Positions 1 through 8,019 of a stretch of DNA of 34,481 bases are shown one piece after another. The notes beneath the pieces are model-generated. The model was given only the letters and a program-made list of their open reading frames with translations, searched no databases and had not been told where the DNA came from. The stretch lies in contig JBOHQZ010000001.1 of assembly GCA_050732275.1 (NCBI GenBank), forward strand, positions 1-34,481, read 5' to 3'. The stretch comes from a bacterium. Lineage in GTDB: Bacteria > Zhuqueibacterota > Zhuqueibacteria > Zhuqueibacterales > Zhuqueibacteraceae. A program made the translations under genes and the position numbers. Each line of letters opens with the position of its first letter. Positions within the stretch are counted from its first letter, which is position 1.

Positions 1-66
1 GGCGCAAGTTCGACGGCCTGCAACAGCCGGCCGATGAAGTTAAAATGATTTTAAACCGATAGGGAT

Positions 67-1305
67 ATGGTCATGTCAGAACTCGTACACGCCAAATATG
101 GCGCCATCGAGCTTAAGCAGAGCTATCGCAAGTATTTACGGCGCGGGCTCTTTTTTGCCGTCGTTTTGAACATCATCGCCCTCGAGGTCTATTGGTTATA
201 TCAATACTATGCGCCCAAAGATACAACGGCGAAAGTGATGTGGCTCGCAAAATATGTTGAGCTTCAACAGATGGTCAAGGTGGAAGAGCCGCCGCCGGTT
301 GCCATTGTTGAAGGAAACAGCCAACCCGGGGGAACTGAAGGAGCGGGGGCGGCGGACGAATGGCCGGCCGGGCAGAATTTGGGGGAACCCGTCGTCGCTT
401 CGAGTGCGCCGAAGCGAATGGATCTGGCGTCGGAATTAAATGATTTGAATGCGTTGGATGTCGGCACCCCGGTGCCGGTGCAATCCAAGCTCTCCGCGCG
501 TGGCGTCGAAGGCAAAAACACGCCGGGGGTTGCGGCGCGCGGCCATAGCGCTGGCACTTCACCGTTGGCTGCTCGTGAAAGCCTGTCATCGTTGCTGGAA
601 GATGATGGCAATTCCAATCTCGGTTTTGGCGGGGCCGGTTCAGGAACGGCTTTGCCTGGTTCCGGGCGAAGTCGAGGCGCCGGCCATGCGAAAGGCAGCG
701 GCATCGGAGTCGGCAATGGTGTGGGCGCCGGAGTTGGCGATGGTGCCGGTGTCGGCGGCGGGTTGGGAAATGGCAGCGGAAGGGGTGATGCCGGCCTTGG
801 CTCTCCCGGCCGCGGCAGCTCCAATCGCGGCAAAGGCGGTGCATCCGAGGTCAAGGTGGATCTCAAAGGCCTGAACGACTTCGGTGAAAATTATCGCAAT
901 TTCACGCCGATTTATCGCGGCCTCGTGGAGTGGATGCGCCGGCGACCGGTCGATCTGCCAGAGGTGATCGACCGCTTTATGGGATATCAACCCGGCAATC
1001 TCACGTCGCGCGTCAAATTCAACATTGACAGCCGCGAGTTCGAAGTCTTTTTGCTCTGCGTCGAATCGACTTACGAAATACGTGTCTGTTTGGCCGAGGG
1101 TGATGCCGTGACCTATCTCATCGACGAAGGCTTCAAAAAACAGAGCAATTACTTGCGGGTCGGCGAGTTGACGCGCCAACCCACCGGCGAGATCATGCGC
1201 TTCAGCTCGATGCTGCGCGAAGCCTCGGATCGACGCACGCAGGGATTCTATCGAGTTTTTCTCTCGTGGTGGGAAACGGTGAAGGACGAGGTGGGGGGAA
1301 AATGA
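67..1305 (+). CDS. hypothetical membrane-anchored protein with a long Gly/Ala/Ser-rich low-complexity linker and a globular C-terminal domain
   Basis: 412-aa ORF. One N-terminal TM helix (GLFFAVVLNIIALEVYWLY). A Pro-rich stretch (EEPPPVAIVEG). A roughly 60-aa (G-x-G) low-complexity region. The C-terminal roughly 150 aa are non-repetitive. An AGGGA motif lies upstream, and the second ATG at 73 has better spacing. Antisense ORFs over the Gly-rich part are shadows. Confidence 0.6.
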   Translation: MVMSELVHAKYGAIELKQSYRKYLRRGLFFAVVLNIIALEVYWLYQYYAPKDTTAKVMWLAKYVELQQMVKVEEPPPVAIVEGNSQPGGTEGAGAADEWPAGQNLGEPVVASSAPKRMDLASELNDLNALDVGTPVPVQSKLSARGVEGKNTPGVAARGHSAGTSPLAARESLSSLLEDDGNSNLGFGGAGSGTALPGSGRSRGAGHAKGSGIGVGNGVGAGVGDGAGVGGGLGNGSGRGDAGLGSPGRGSSNRGKGGASEVKVDLKGLNDFGENYRNFTPIYRGLVEWMRRRPVDLPEVIDRFMGYQPGNLTSRVKFNIDSREFEVFLLCVESTYEIRVCLAEGDAVTYLIDEGFKKQSNYLRVGELTRQPTGEIMRFSSMLREASDRRTQGFYRVFLSWWETVKDEVGGK

Positions 1306-1410
1306 TTGCGTGGGTCTAAAGACGCCACGCTAAAAAGTTGAAGCGCGCTAAAGCGGGTTGCTCTACAGATAGTTTTCCTCGAAGCAAAAAATAGCTCTAG
1401 AATCGAGACA

Positions 1411-3051
1411 TTGTACGATATGACTTTTATCAAAAAGCAAAAGACACCAACTCCCATAGACAGTCCCCTTGAGGGGGCTTCCACATCTGAGCCTGATGAT
1501 AAATCATCAGGCGGTTTTAGGCTGACGATTTATCGTCAGGCGGTATTGTGTTTCACCGCCCTCCTGCTCTGCTCCTGCGCCGGCGGCAGCAAAACGAAAA
1601 TGGTCAAAACCGCGGAAGGGAAAATCGAGGTTCCTGCCGGCGTGGATACGAGTGTGGCGTTCGCCTCCAATCGCATGGCGCGGCAACTGTTTGTAGAATA
1701 CCCGATGCAGGCAAGGGCGAAGCGCGTGGCCGATTCCGCGGTCGTGCGCTTCGAACGGAGCGAAGACCTCTGGAAAATTCTCGAAGGCAAGTTGGACAGC
1801 TCTGCCGTAGTCGACACCGTCGCGGCGATCGAGAAATTCAATGAAGCCGGCCGCAGTTTGCTCCAAGCCAGGGACTTCGATAAAAAAGCCGCCGCGTCGC
1901 CAATGGATGGCGCCATCCTGCGCCAGGAGTCATTGAAAGCCCTGGAGACCGCGCGCGCTGCTTTTGAGGTCTCACTGCGGTTCAATCCTTTTGACAACAA
2001 CACCAAGCTCTGGCTGGCCAGAACATACCAACGTTTGGCCGAACGTTTTCTCAACGAGCAAAATTATATCAAGGCCATCGGCATTCTCGAGCATTTGGTG
2101 CGGCTCGAAAGGGATCAACATGCGCTGTACGCGCGCCTCGGTGATTGCTATTTGGCGCTCAAAAAATATCCTACCGCCCTGCAAAATTTCAAAAAGGCTG
2201 AAGACGTGCTCACGGCCACCACGGTTTTCGGCGTGCCGCCCAGCCGCGAGCTGAACGCGACCAATATAGCAGCCGCGACCGACAGCACCTCGAGGTTTTT
2301 TTACTTGTATTATCAAAGCGAGTCGTATATCAAATTGCTGGAGGCCGATTCGGCGCTCACTGTGCTGCATCGCGCGAAAGGTTTTGCGCCCACGCCGGGA
2401 GACGTCGCGGCGGTTGAGACGAACATCAATTGGATCAACTGGGACGACGGCAACATTCCCGCTTCGGAGAAACGCGACACGCTTTTGGTGTGGGTCGATG
2501 CCAGCAAATATGGCGACGCAGCCAAAGGTTTTCGCAAGCTGTTGCCGGATTTGCGCACCTCCCGCGCGCGGCGTGAGATCGGCTGGCGGCTCGCCACGCT
2601 CGAATTCAATCATTTGCAAAAAGAAGAAGATGCGCTGCACACGATGCAAACCGTGGTGCGAGCCACCGGCAAAGATTCGCTGGCGGCGCGACAAGACAGC
2701 CTGTATCAAAAATACATCGACAGCTACGGCGCCATGTGCTTCAATCAAGGCCAGAAGATGCTGGCGGCGAAAAAATTCACTACGGCTTTGACCTACTTCA
2801 ATCAGTCGGCCCAGCTTGATTGGAACTACCGCGCTAAAAGCTTTTTGGAATTGGCGAAGCTTGCCGTCAACGATCCGCCACGCGCCGAGACGCTCGCCAA
2901 AGAGTCGCTCCAATATTCACAGCAGCTCGAGGCGCGGGAAGAATTGGCGGCTACGGAGCTCATCACGCAAGCGCTCAAGCGCCAGGGCAAATTCGACGAG
3001 GCCAGGCAATATTTTGAGCGTTACCGCAAACTCGCGCAACAGCGGCCGTAG
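1411..3051 (+). CDS. TPR-repeat lipoprotein
   Basis: 546-aa ORF. Lipobox-like LLLCSCAGGS follows a hydrophobic stretch. TPR-like helical repeats are present (e.g. LARTYQRLAERFLNEQNYIKAIGILEHLV, LGDCYLALKKYPTALQNFKKA). The first roughly 45 codons precede the signal peptide and contain two palindromes, so the true start may be the in-frame TTG at 1546, preceded by AGGCGG. Confidence 0.7.
   Translation: MYDMTFIKKQKTPTPIDSPLEGASTSEPDDKSSGGFRLTIYRQAVLCFTALLLCSCAGGSKTKMVKTAEGKIEVPAGVDTSVAFASNRMARQLFVEYPMQARAKRVADSAVVRFERSEDLWKILEGKLDSSAVVDTVAAIEKFNEAGRSLLQARDFDKKAAASPMDGAILRQESLKALETARAAFEVSLRFNPFDNNTKLWLARTYQRLAERFLNEQNYIKAIGILEHLVRLERDQHALYARLGDCYLALKKYPTALQNFKKAEDVLTATTVFGVPPSRELNATNIAAATDSTSRFFYLYYQSESYIKLLEADSALTVLHRAKGFAPTPGDVAAVETNINWINWDDGNIPASEKRDTLLVWVDASKYGDAAKGFRKLLPDLRTSRARREIGWRLATLEFNHLQKEEDALHTMQTVVRATGKDSLAARQDSLYQKYIDSYGAMCFNQGQKMLAAKKFTTALTYFNQSAQLDWNYRAKSFLELAKLAVNDPPRAETLAKESLQYSQQLEAREELAATELITQALKRQGKFDEARQYFERYRKLAQQRP
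1492..1544 (+). promoter_or_regulatory. two tandem copies of a 24-nt palindromic unit (cCTGATGAtaaaTCATCAGgcggt / gCTGACGAtttaTCGTCAGgcggt)
   Basis: Read directly from the sequence: copy 1 at 1492-1515, copy 2 at 1521-1544, period 29 nt. The T>C change in the left arm of copy 2 is matched by A>G in its right arm, so pairing is preserved. Copy 1 is followed by GGTTTT. Confidence 0.5.
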
Positions 3052-3103
3052 CAATTTAATCTTGGCAACGAAAAGCGTTATGCATCAATTAAGACAAAAC
3101 CTT

Positions 3104-3185
3104 CCAACGGGTAAAAGCGGCCAACGGATGAAAAGGTTTCGTTCTTTAATCCGTTGGCAGCCTTTATCCGTTGGTAAATTTTTTT
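3104..3185 (+). terminator. nested double hairpin built from CCAACGG(AT)/(AT)CCGTTGG repeats, followed by a T-run. Probable intrinsic terminator of the TPR gene and a member of a dispersed repeat family
   Basis: CCAACGG at 3104-3110 and CCAACGGAT at 3121-3129 pair with ATCCGTTGG at 3149-3157 and 3166-3174. TTTTTTT follows at 3179-3185. Confidence 0.6.
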
Positions 3186-3955
3186 ACTCGGGGTTGACTT
3201 TAAAAGCACATGTTGTACTCTTGCTGCTTTTGCTTATACCGCCGGCCCTCGCCCAAAACGACACCACGGTCGATCAAAAGATGATCCGCGTCGCCACGAT
3301 CAACGACCCGCAGCTGATCGAGTTTTTTCTGTTCGAATTTCTCATCACCGACACGCTGGTCACGAAAATGGAAATCATTGATGCCACCAGCAACGGTTTC
3401 GGCGTCGAGGATTTGGTGAAGTGCTATCCTTCGGAGCGGATTTACGTACCGACGCCTTCGGATACGGCACAAAAAGTGATGAATGCGTGGAAGTTCACCG
3501 CCAACTATCAGATCGTCACGCAAAACAGCCCGGCGGAAGCTTTTGAAGGCACCAAAACCGACACTGCGCCCAATGCTATTCTCGCAGCGCTGTTGCGTGG
3601 GCTGCAGCGCAACTACAAAGATGCGCCGATCAAGTTTTATTTCGAGCGCGATGCCAACACCGCGACGTTTGAAATGTGGGGCTACAATCCGACTTACCTG
3701 AGTTACACTCCCGCGCCGCCTGCCATGCCGGACACCATCACTTCCTACGACGTGCTTTCCGTAACCTATCAAGATACGCTGGTGGTCGCCGATACGACGA
3801 TTTATGATCTGCTCTATATTTCGCGCACCGTGAGCGACACTGTGTTCGTCGGCGCCGATGAGTTTAGAGTCAAAGAGCCGGTCTACTTGCCCCCTCCGGA
3901 GCCAAAGCCGAAATCGAAATCGGGGAATCGATCGGAGATTTGGCGGAAGCCATAA
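3128..3955 (+). CDS. secreted hypothetical protein
   Basis: The ORF is open from 2816, but 2816-3051 overlaps the TPR gene. The ATG at 3128 lies inside the terminator-like repeat. The in-frame TTG at 3194 gives a textbook signal peptide (M)TLKAHVVLLLLLLIPPALA/QND. The C-terminus is Pro/Lys-rich (PPPEPKPKSKS). Confidence 0.65.
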   Translation: MKRFRSLIRWQPLSVGKFFYSGLTLKAHVVLLLLLLIPPALAQNDTTVDQKMIRVATINDPQLIEFFLFEFLITDTLVTKMEIIDATSNGFGVEDLVKCYPSERIYVPTPSDTAQKVMNAWKFTANYQIVTQNSPAEAFEGTKTDTAPNAILAALLRGLQRNYKDAPIKFYFERDANTATFEMWGYNPTYLSYTPAPPAMPDTITSYDVLSVTYQDTLVVADTTIYDLLYISRTVSDTVFVGADEFRVKEPVYLPPPEPKPKSKSGNRSEIWRKP

Positions 3956-4039
3956 ATTTAAATTCTATCGTTCAATCCCGTCATTAAAAGAGCATGTTTT
4001 GATTGATCAATACACCACTCACGTCGAGCAATTTCTTAA

Positions 4040-4081
4040 CGCGCAAAACAAAAAGGCATAGCCGTATTCATCAGCTATGCC
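4040..4081 (-). terminator. intrinsic terminator downstream of the PEGA lipoprotein gene
   Basis: GGCATAGC (4055-4062) pairs with GCTATGCC (4074-4081). On the minus strand the hairpin is followed by TTTTTGTTTTG. It sits between convergent genes. Confidence 0.6.
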
Positions 4082-4142
4082 TTCAATATAAAAGCAAATC
4101 TAAAAAATATTTGACCGCCGCCCCAATCTTTCTCATATCATG

Positions 4143-5141
4143 CTATTGCTGCGGCGCTGTGGGCTCCAATTTCATCAGCAGTTGTAGCATCGTTTGTCCA
4201 CGCAAATCGTCAGCATCGATGAGCTTCACCACCTCCTGGTAGCCGGCGCGGGAGATTTGCACCACGTGATTCTGGTCGGCTGTGACGGTGACCTTGAGTG
4301 GCGATTGCCCCACGTAGCGATCATCCACCGTCACATCGGAGCCGGAAGGGGTGGTGTTGATTTGCAGCGTCAGCGTTTGCCCAGGCACTGGGAGCGGCTC
4401 CTGCGGCTCCGGCACGGGTCGCCGCCATCTCAGCGCACGTCGAAGGCGCTCTCGATCAACCTGCACACGCTCCCGTATCCTTTCTTCGCGCTCACCATCG
4501 CCGACTTCTTCGATTAAAGGTTGGGCCTCGATGCGCGGCGTTATTTTCACCACGCGTGATTCGGCCGGCTCAGAAATCTTTGCCGGGAGAGTGGAAGTCT
4601 GCGGCTCGGCAACGTCTTCGTACTGCATCCGGAAACGCACCTGCTTGTTGACGGGACGGCCCTTGTAATCTTTATTCAACTTGCAGGTCAGCATCGTGCG
4701 CTTTCCCGGCAAAACTTTAACCTGCTCGTCCGGAATAATGTCGAAAGTTTGTTCACGCCAATAGCCAACCACGTGGTACTCGGCGCGAACCTCATAGACG
4801 CCGTGCTGCAGATGCATGGGGTAAGTGTATTTTGACAAGAAATTGGACATTTGTTCAACCGGCGCCATCTCGCGGCCGTTGACGTAAAGTACGACGTAGT
4901 TGCGATAACTTTTTCCGGCATCGGCCACATTTTCGATTTTGACCAGCAGATTCTCCGGCAGTTCTCGCAGTTCTCGTTCCGGCAGTTGCTCTTTTGGTTT
5001 CAGTTCGCTGTAAGCGCGATCGGTGGTCAGCTTCCCTCCTGCACACGCCATGAGTCCAATGACGAGGAGCAGGGCGCCGGCCTTGGCAATTCGCCGGCAA
5101 AGTGCAAATCGGTACGGGTGGTAACAATTGAGCGCTGGCAT
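4143..5141 (-). CDS. PEGA-domain lipoprotein
   Basis: 332-aa ORF. GGAGG lies upstream of the ATG. Lipobox LMACAGG. The C-terminal stretch LTLQINTTPSGSDVTVDDRYVGQSPLKVTVTADQNHVVQISRAGYQ matches the PEGA domain pattern. Confidence 0.75.
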   Translation of the reverse strand: MPALNCYHPYRFALCRRIAKAGALLLVIGLMACAGGKLTTDRAYSELKPKEQLPERELRELPENLLVKIENVADAGKSYRNYVVLYVNGREMAPVEQMSNFLSKYTYPMHLQHGVYEVRAEYHVVGYWREQTFDIIPDEQVKVLPGKRTMLTCKLNKDYKGRPVNKQVRFRMQYEDVAEPQTSTLPAKISEPAESRVVKITPRIEAQPLIEEVGDGEREERIRERVQVDRERLRRALRWRRPVPEPQEPLPVPGQTLTLQINTTPSGSDVTVDDRYVGQSPLKVTVTADQNHVVQISRAGYQEVVKLIDADDLRGQTMLQLLMKLEPTAPQQ

Positions 5142-5380
5142 GACATCCTCCGATAATCTTGGGGGTTTTGAGATTCGCGTGTAAGCGGCGGTACTTCAAC
5201 ATAAATTAAACGTTGGATGGCGGCGAAAAGTTCACCCACGGACGTCCGCGAACTTTATTGACATCCGCGGACGAATACGGAAAGTGAACCTCTCCAAATT
5301 TACAAAATGAATTTGAAAAAGCAAGAAAATAATTCTGGGATTTTGAGCCACAAATTCTTTACAAACAGAGCAAGTTTTTT

Positions 5381-5462
5381 GGCTCACGGAATTGGAACAG
5401 CTCACGGAAAATTTTTTGAAATCTTATTCCGTGAGCCGTTCCAATTCCGTGAGCGAATTTTT
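5381..5462 (+). other. long near-perfect hairpin (28-nt arms, 27/28 paired, 17-nt loop) followed by TTTTT. Orphan terminator-like or operator-like element
   Basis: Left arm 5382-5409 is gctcacggaattggaacagctcacggaa. Right arm 5427-5454 is ttccgtgagccgttccaattccgtgagc. Each arm carries two copies of CTCACGGAA/TTCCGTGAG 18 nt apart. T-run at 5458-5462. No plus-strand gene lies upstream. Confidence 0.55.
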
Positions 5463-5586
5463 GCTTGTCGGTTTGAGGCGAAGCTTCGCTGGATTCTTAC
5501 GTGCAACAGGAGATGGCGGCAAGCGTCTATTAATTTGTGTTGAGTGAAGCTGAAGTTTTATCGAAACGGTTACGCGAGGAGGAAAA

Positions 5587-8013
5587 ATGCAAAGAAAAAA
5601 CCATCACCGCCACCTTTTTATCATCGCACTTTTGGGGTACTTGTCGTTGGCGCAAGATCGCCCGCCGGCCAAGCCAACGCTGACGGTGGAGTGGATCATG
5701 CGCGATCCCAAATGGATGGGGAATTTTCCAGACGACCCTTATTGGTCGGAAGACGGCCGGATGGTTTATTTTATGTGGAATCCGGCCTACACCGACGCGG
5801 ATTCGTTGTATCAAGTTTCACGGCGCGGCGGCGAGCCTACAAAAGTGCTGCCGGCCGAGCGAGGGCAGCTTCCCAGCCGATTAGGTCGATATTCGCGTGA
5901 TTATTCCCAAAAGGTGTTTGAGCGGGACGGTGATATATTCTGGCTCGACATCAAATCCGGGCGGGCCACGCAAATTACCAATACGGTCGAGCCTGAGAGC
6001 CAGCCTCGGTTCACCTTTTCAGAAAAACAGGTGTCGTTCATTCGTGACAACAATCTTTTTTCCTGGGACATTTTGACGGGCCTCATCACGCAGCGAACGG
6101 ATTTTCGCAAGGGGCAAGCGCCGAAAGAGAACAAGCCAAGCACGGATCAACAGAAATATCTGGCGCAGGAAGAGCTGCGGCTGATTGCGGTGTTGAAGGA
6201 ACGCAAAGATAAAGCCGACAAAGCCAAGAAACAGCGGGAAAAATTGGAGCCAGCCCGGCCCAAGAAAATCTATCTTGACGAGAAAGACGTGCAACAGGTC
6301 CAGCTCTCACCGGATGAGAAATTCGTCACGTTCGCCTTGTCGCAGCGGCCGAAAGAGTCGCGCACTGCCGTCGTGCCGACTTATATCGCCGAGTCTGCTT
6401 TCACCGAAGATATTAATACCCGGCTGAAAGTCGGGGAGCCGCAAACGGCTTTTGAGTTTGGCTATTGGGACATTACCGGCGACACGGTGTTTTATGTCAA
6501 GCCGGATAGCTTGCCTGGAATTATGGAAAGCGCTGCTTTTACCGCCATTCCAGTAAAAAAAGACTCTGTAAAAAATGCCAACGCCAAATCCGATTCTTCC
6601 GCAACGGCAAAAGTACAAAAAAAGTCGCGTACACGCGAGGTCATTTGGAATGGGCCGTTCTGGAGTGATAATGGCAAAAGCGCTTTCGTCGTCGTGGGCG
6701 CGCGGGACAACAAAGATCGTTGGATTGCCAAACTGGAATTCCCTTCCGGCAAATTAACCTGCCTCGAACGCCAGCACGACGAAGCGTGGATCGGCGGCCC
6801 GAGCATTGGCGGGGTTGGAACCGCGGGCCAGGTTGGCTGGATGCCGGATAATCGGCGTGTGTGGTTCTGTTCGGAAGAAACGGGGTATTCGCATCTGTAC
6901 ACTGTCGATATTGTTTCGCGCCAAAAGCAGGCGCTCACCAATGGCAAGTTCGAAATCTCTGACCCGTTCATCTCACGTGACAAGAAAAAATGGTATTTTA
7001 CGAGCAATGAGGTACATCCCGGTGAGCGGCATTTTTATTCGATGCCGATTGCAGGTGGCGCTCGCACGCAGGTTACCGCGATAGCTGGCAACAACGATGC
7101 GGTACTCTCTCCGGATGAAACGATGCTCGCAATACGCTATTCGAGTTTCAACGCGCCGTGGGAAATTTATTTGCAAGAAAATAAGCCCGGTACCAAACCG
7201 CAACGCGTAACTTTTTCGACAAGCGAAGAATTCAAAAGCTATCCGTGGCGTGAGCCGGAGCTTATTATTTATACGGCGCGTGACGGTGCGCAAGTTTATG
7301 CCCGCCTGTATCGCCCGGAAAAACCCAACGGCGCCGGCGTGGTTTTTGTGCACGGTGCCGGCTATTTACAAAATGCCCACAAATGGTGGTCGAGCTATTT
7401 TCGCGAATACATGTTTCACAACCTGCTCGCCGATCGCGGCTACACCGTGCTTGATCCGGATTATCGCGCCAGCGCCGGCTATGGCCGCGATTGGCGCACG
7501 GCAATCTATCGCTACATGGGCGGCAAGGATTTGGACGATGTTGTCGATGGCGCCAAGTTTCTCGTTGAACGTCACAGCGTCGAAGCAAAACGTCTTGGCG
7601 TATATGGCGGCAGCTACGGCGGTTTCATCACGCTTATGGCGATGTTCACGACACCGGAGGTATTCGCGGCCGGCGCAGCATTGCGCCCGGTGACGGATTG
7701 GGCACATTACAATCATGGTTATACTTCCAACATTCTCAACATCCCTCCTGCCGACACGTTGGCGTACCGTCGCAGTTCCCCGATTTATTTCGCCGAAGGA
7801 TTGAAAGGCGCGCTGCTCATCTGCCACGGCATGGTCGATGTGAACGTACATTTTCAGGACACCGTGCGGCTGACACAGCGATTGATCGAGCTTGGCAAGG
7901 ACAATTGGGAAGTGGCGATGTATCCGATGGAAGACCACGGTTTCCGCGAGCCCAGCTCGTGGACGGATGAGTATAAAAGGATTTTGAAGTTGTTTGAGGA
8001 AAAACTCAAATGA
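5587..8013 (+). CDS. S9 family serine peptidase (prolyl oligopeptidase / dipeptidyl-peptidase IV-like) with an N-terminal beta-propeller region
   Basis: 808-aa ORF. Strong AGGAGG lies upstream. Signal peptide present. Catalytic-triad motifs are in S9 order: GGSYGGF (Ser), HGMVDVNV (Asp), EDHGF (His). A long N-terminal region is typical of the DPP-IV/TolB-like propeller. Confidence 0.9.
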   Translation: MQRKNHHRHLFIIALLGYLSLAQDRPPAKPTLTVEWIMRDPKWMGNFPDDPYWSEDGRMVYFMWNPAYTDADSLYQVSRRGGEPTKVLPAERGQLPSRLGRYSRDYSQKVFERDGDIFWLDIKSGRATQITNTVEPESQPRFTFSEKQVSFIRDNNLFSWDILTGLITQRTDFRKGQAPKENKPSTDQQKYLAQEELRLIAVLKERKDKADKAKKQREKLEPARPKKIYLDEKDVQQVQLSPDEKFVTFALSQRPKESRTAVVPTYIAESAFTEDINTRLKVGEPQTAFEFGYWDITGDTVFYVKPDSLPGIMESAAFTAIPVKKDSVKNANAKSDSSATAKVQKKSRTREVIWNGPFWSDNGKSAFVVVGARDNKDRWIAKLEFPSGKLTCLERQHDEAWIGGPSIGGVGTAGQVGWMPDNRRVWFCSEETGYSHLYTVDIVSRQKQALTNGKFEISDPFISRDKKKWYFTSNEVHPGERHFYSMPIAGGARTQVTAIAGNNDAVLSPDETMLAIRYSSFNAPWEIYLQENKPGTKPQRVTFSTSEEFKSYPWREPELIIYTARDGAQVYARLYRPEKPNGAGVVFVHGAGYLQNAHKWWSSYFREYMFHNLLADRGYTVLDPDYRASAGYGRDWRTAIYRYMGGKDLDDVVDGAKFLVERHSVEAKRLGVYGGSYGGFITLMAMFTTPEVFAAGAALRPVTDWAHYNHGYTSNILNIPPADTLAYRRSSPIYFAEGLKGALLICHGMVDVNVHFQDTVRLTQRLIELGKDNWEVAMYPMEDHGFREPSSWTDEYKRILKLFEEKLK

Positions 8014-8019
8014 GCGGCA

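Noticed and set aside
1-62. Open frame ending ...RKFDGLQQPADEVKMILNR* at 60-62, possibly the 3' end of an upstream gene (an ExbD-like context was considered)
   Set aside because: Only 20 codons are visible, which is too short to support any call.
264-1179. Several long ORFs (264-866 minus, 275-844 minus, 449-874 plus, 640-1179 minus) overlapping the 67-1305 gene
   Set aside because: They are Pro/Arg/Ala-rich translations of the GC-rich Gly-codon repeat and its complement. They have no start context and no recognisable motifs. These are classic shadow ORFs.
67-1305. Calling this gene tonB
   Set aside because: The N-terminal topology fits, but I could not recognise the TonB C-terminal domain signature, so it is left as hypothetical.
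1979-1988. GGTTCAATCC, resembling a tRNA T-loop
   Set aside because: The flanking bases cannot form a T-stem or acceptor stem, and it lies in-frame within the TPR gene. No tRNA was found anywhere in the window.
1972-2913. 313-aa minus-strand ORF antisense to the TPR gene
   Set aside because: Arg/Gly/Ala-rich composition typical of the antisense of a GC-biased gene. The plus-strand frame shows coherent TPR repeats and a lipobox.
2816-3127. N-terminal extensions of track ORFs: 2816-3127, 25814-25924, 17613-17759 and 21014-21073
   Set aside because: The extensions overlap upstream genes or terminator hairpins and are Arg/Ser-rich. Internal starts give proper signal peptides and/or RBS motifs.
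5307-5543. 78-aa ORF in the divergent intergenic region
   Set aside because: Its middle is the 28-bp inverted repeat, so the peptide is palindrome-derived (...AHGIGTAHGKFFEILFREPFQFRE...). There is no RBS. It is better explained as a structured non-coding element.
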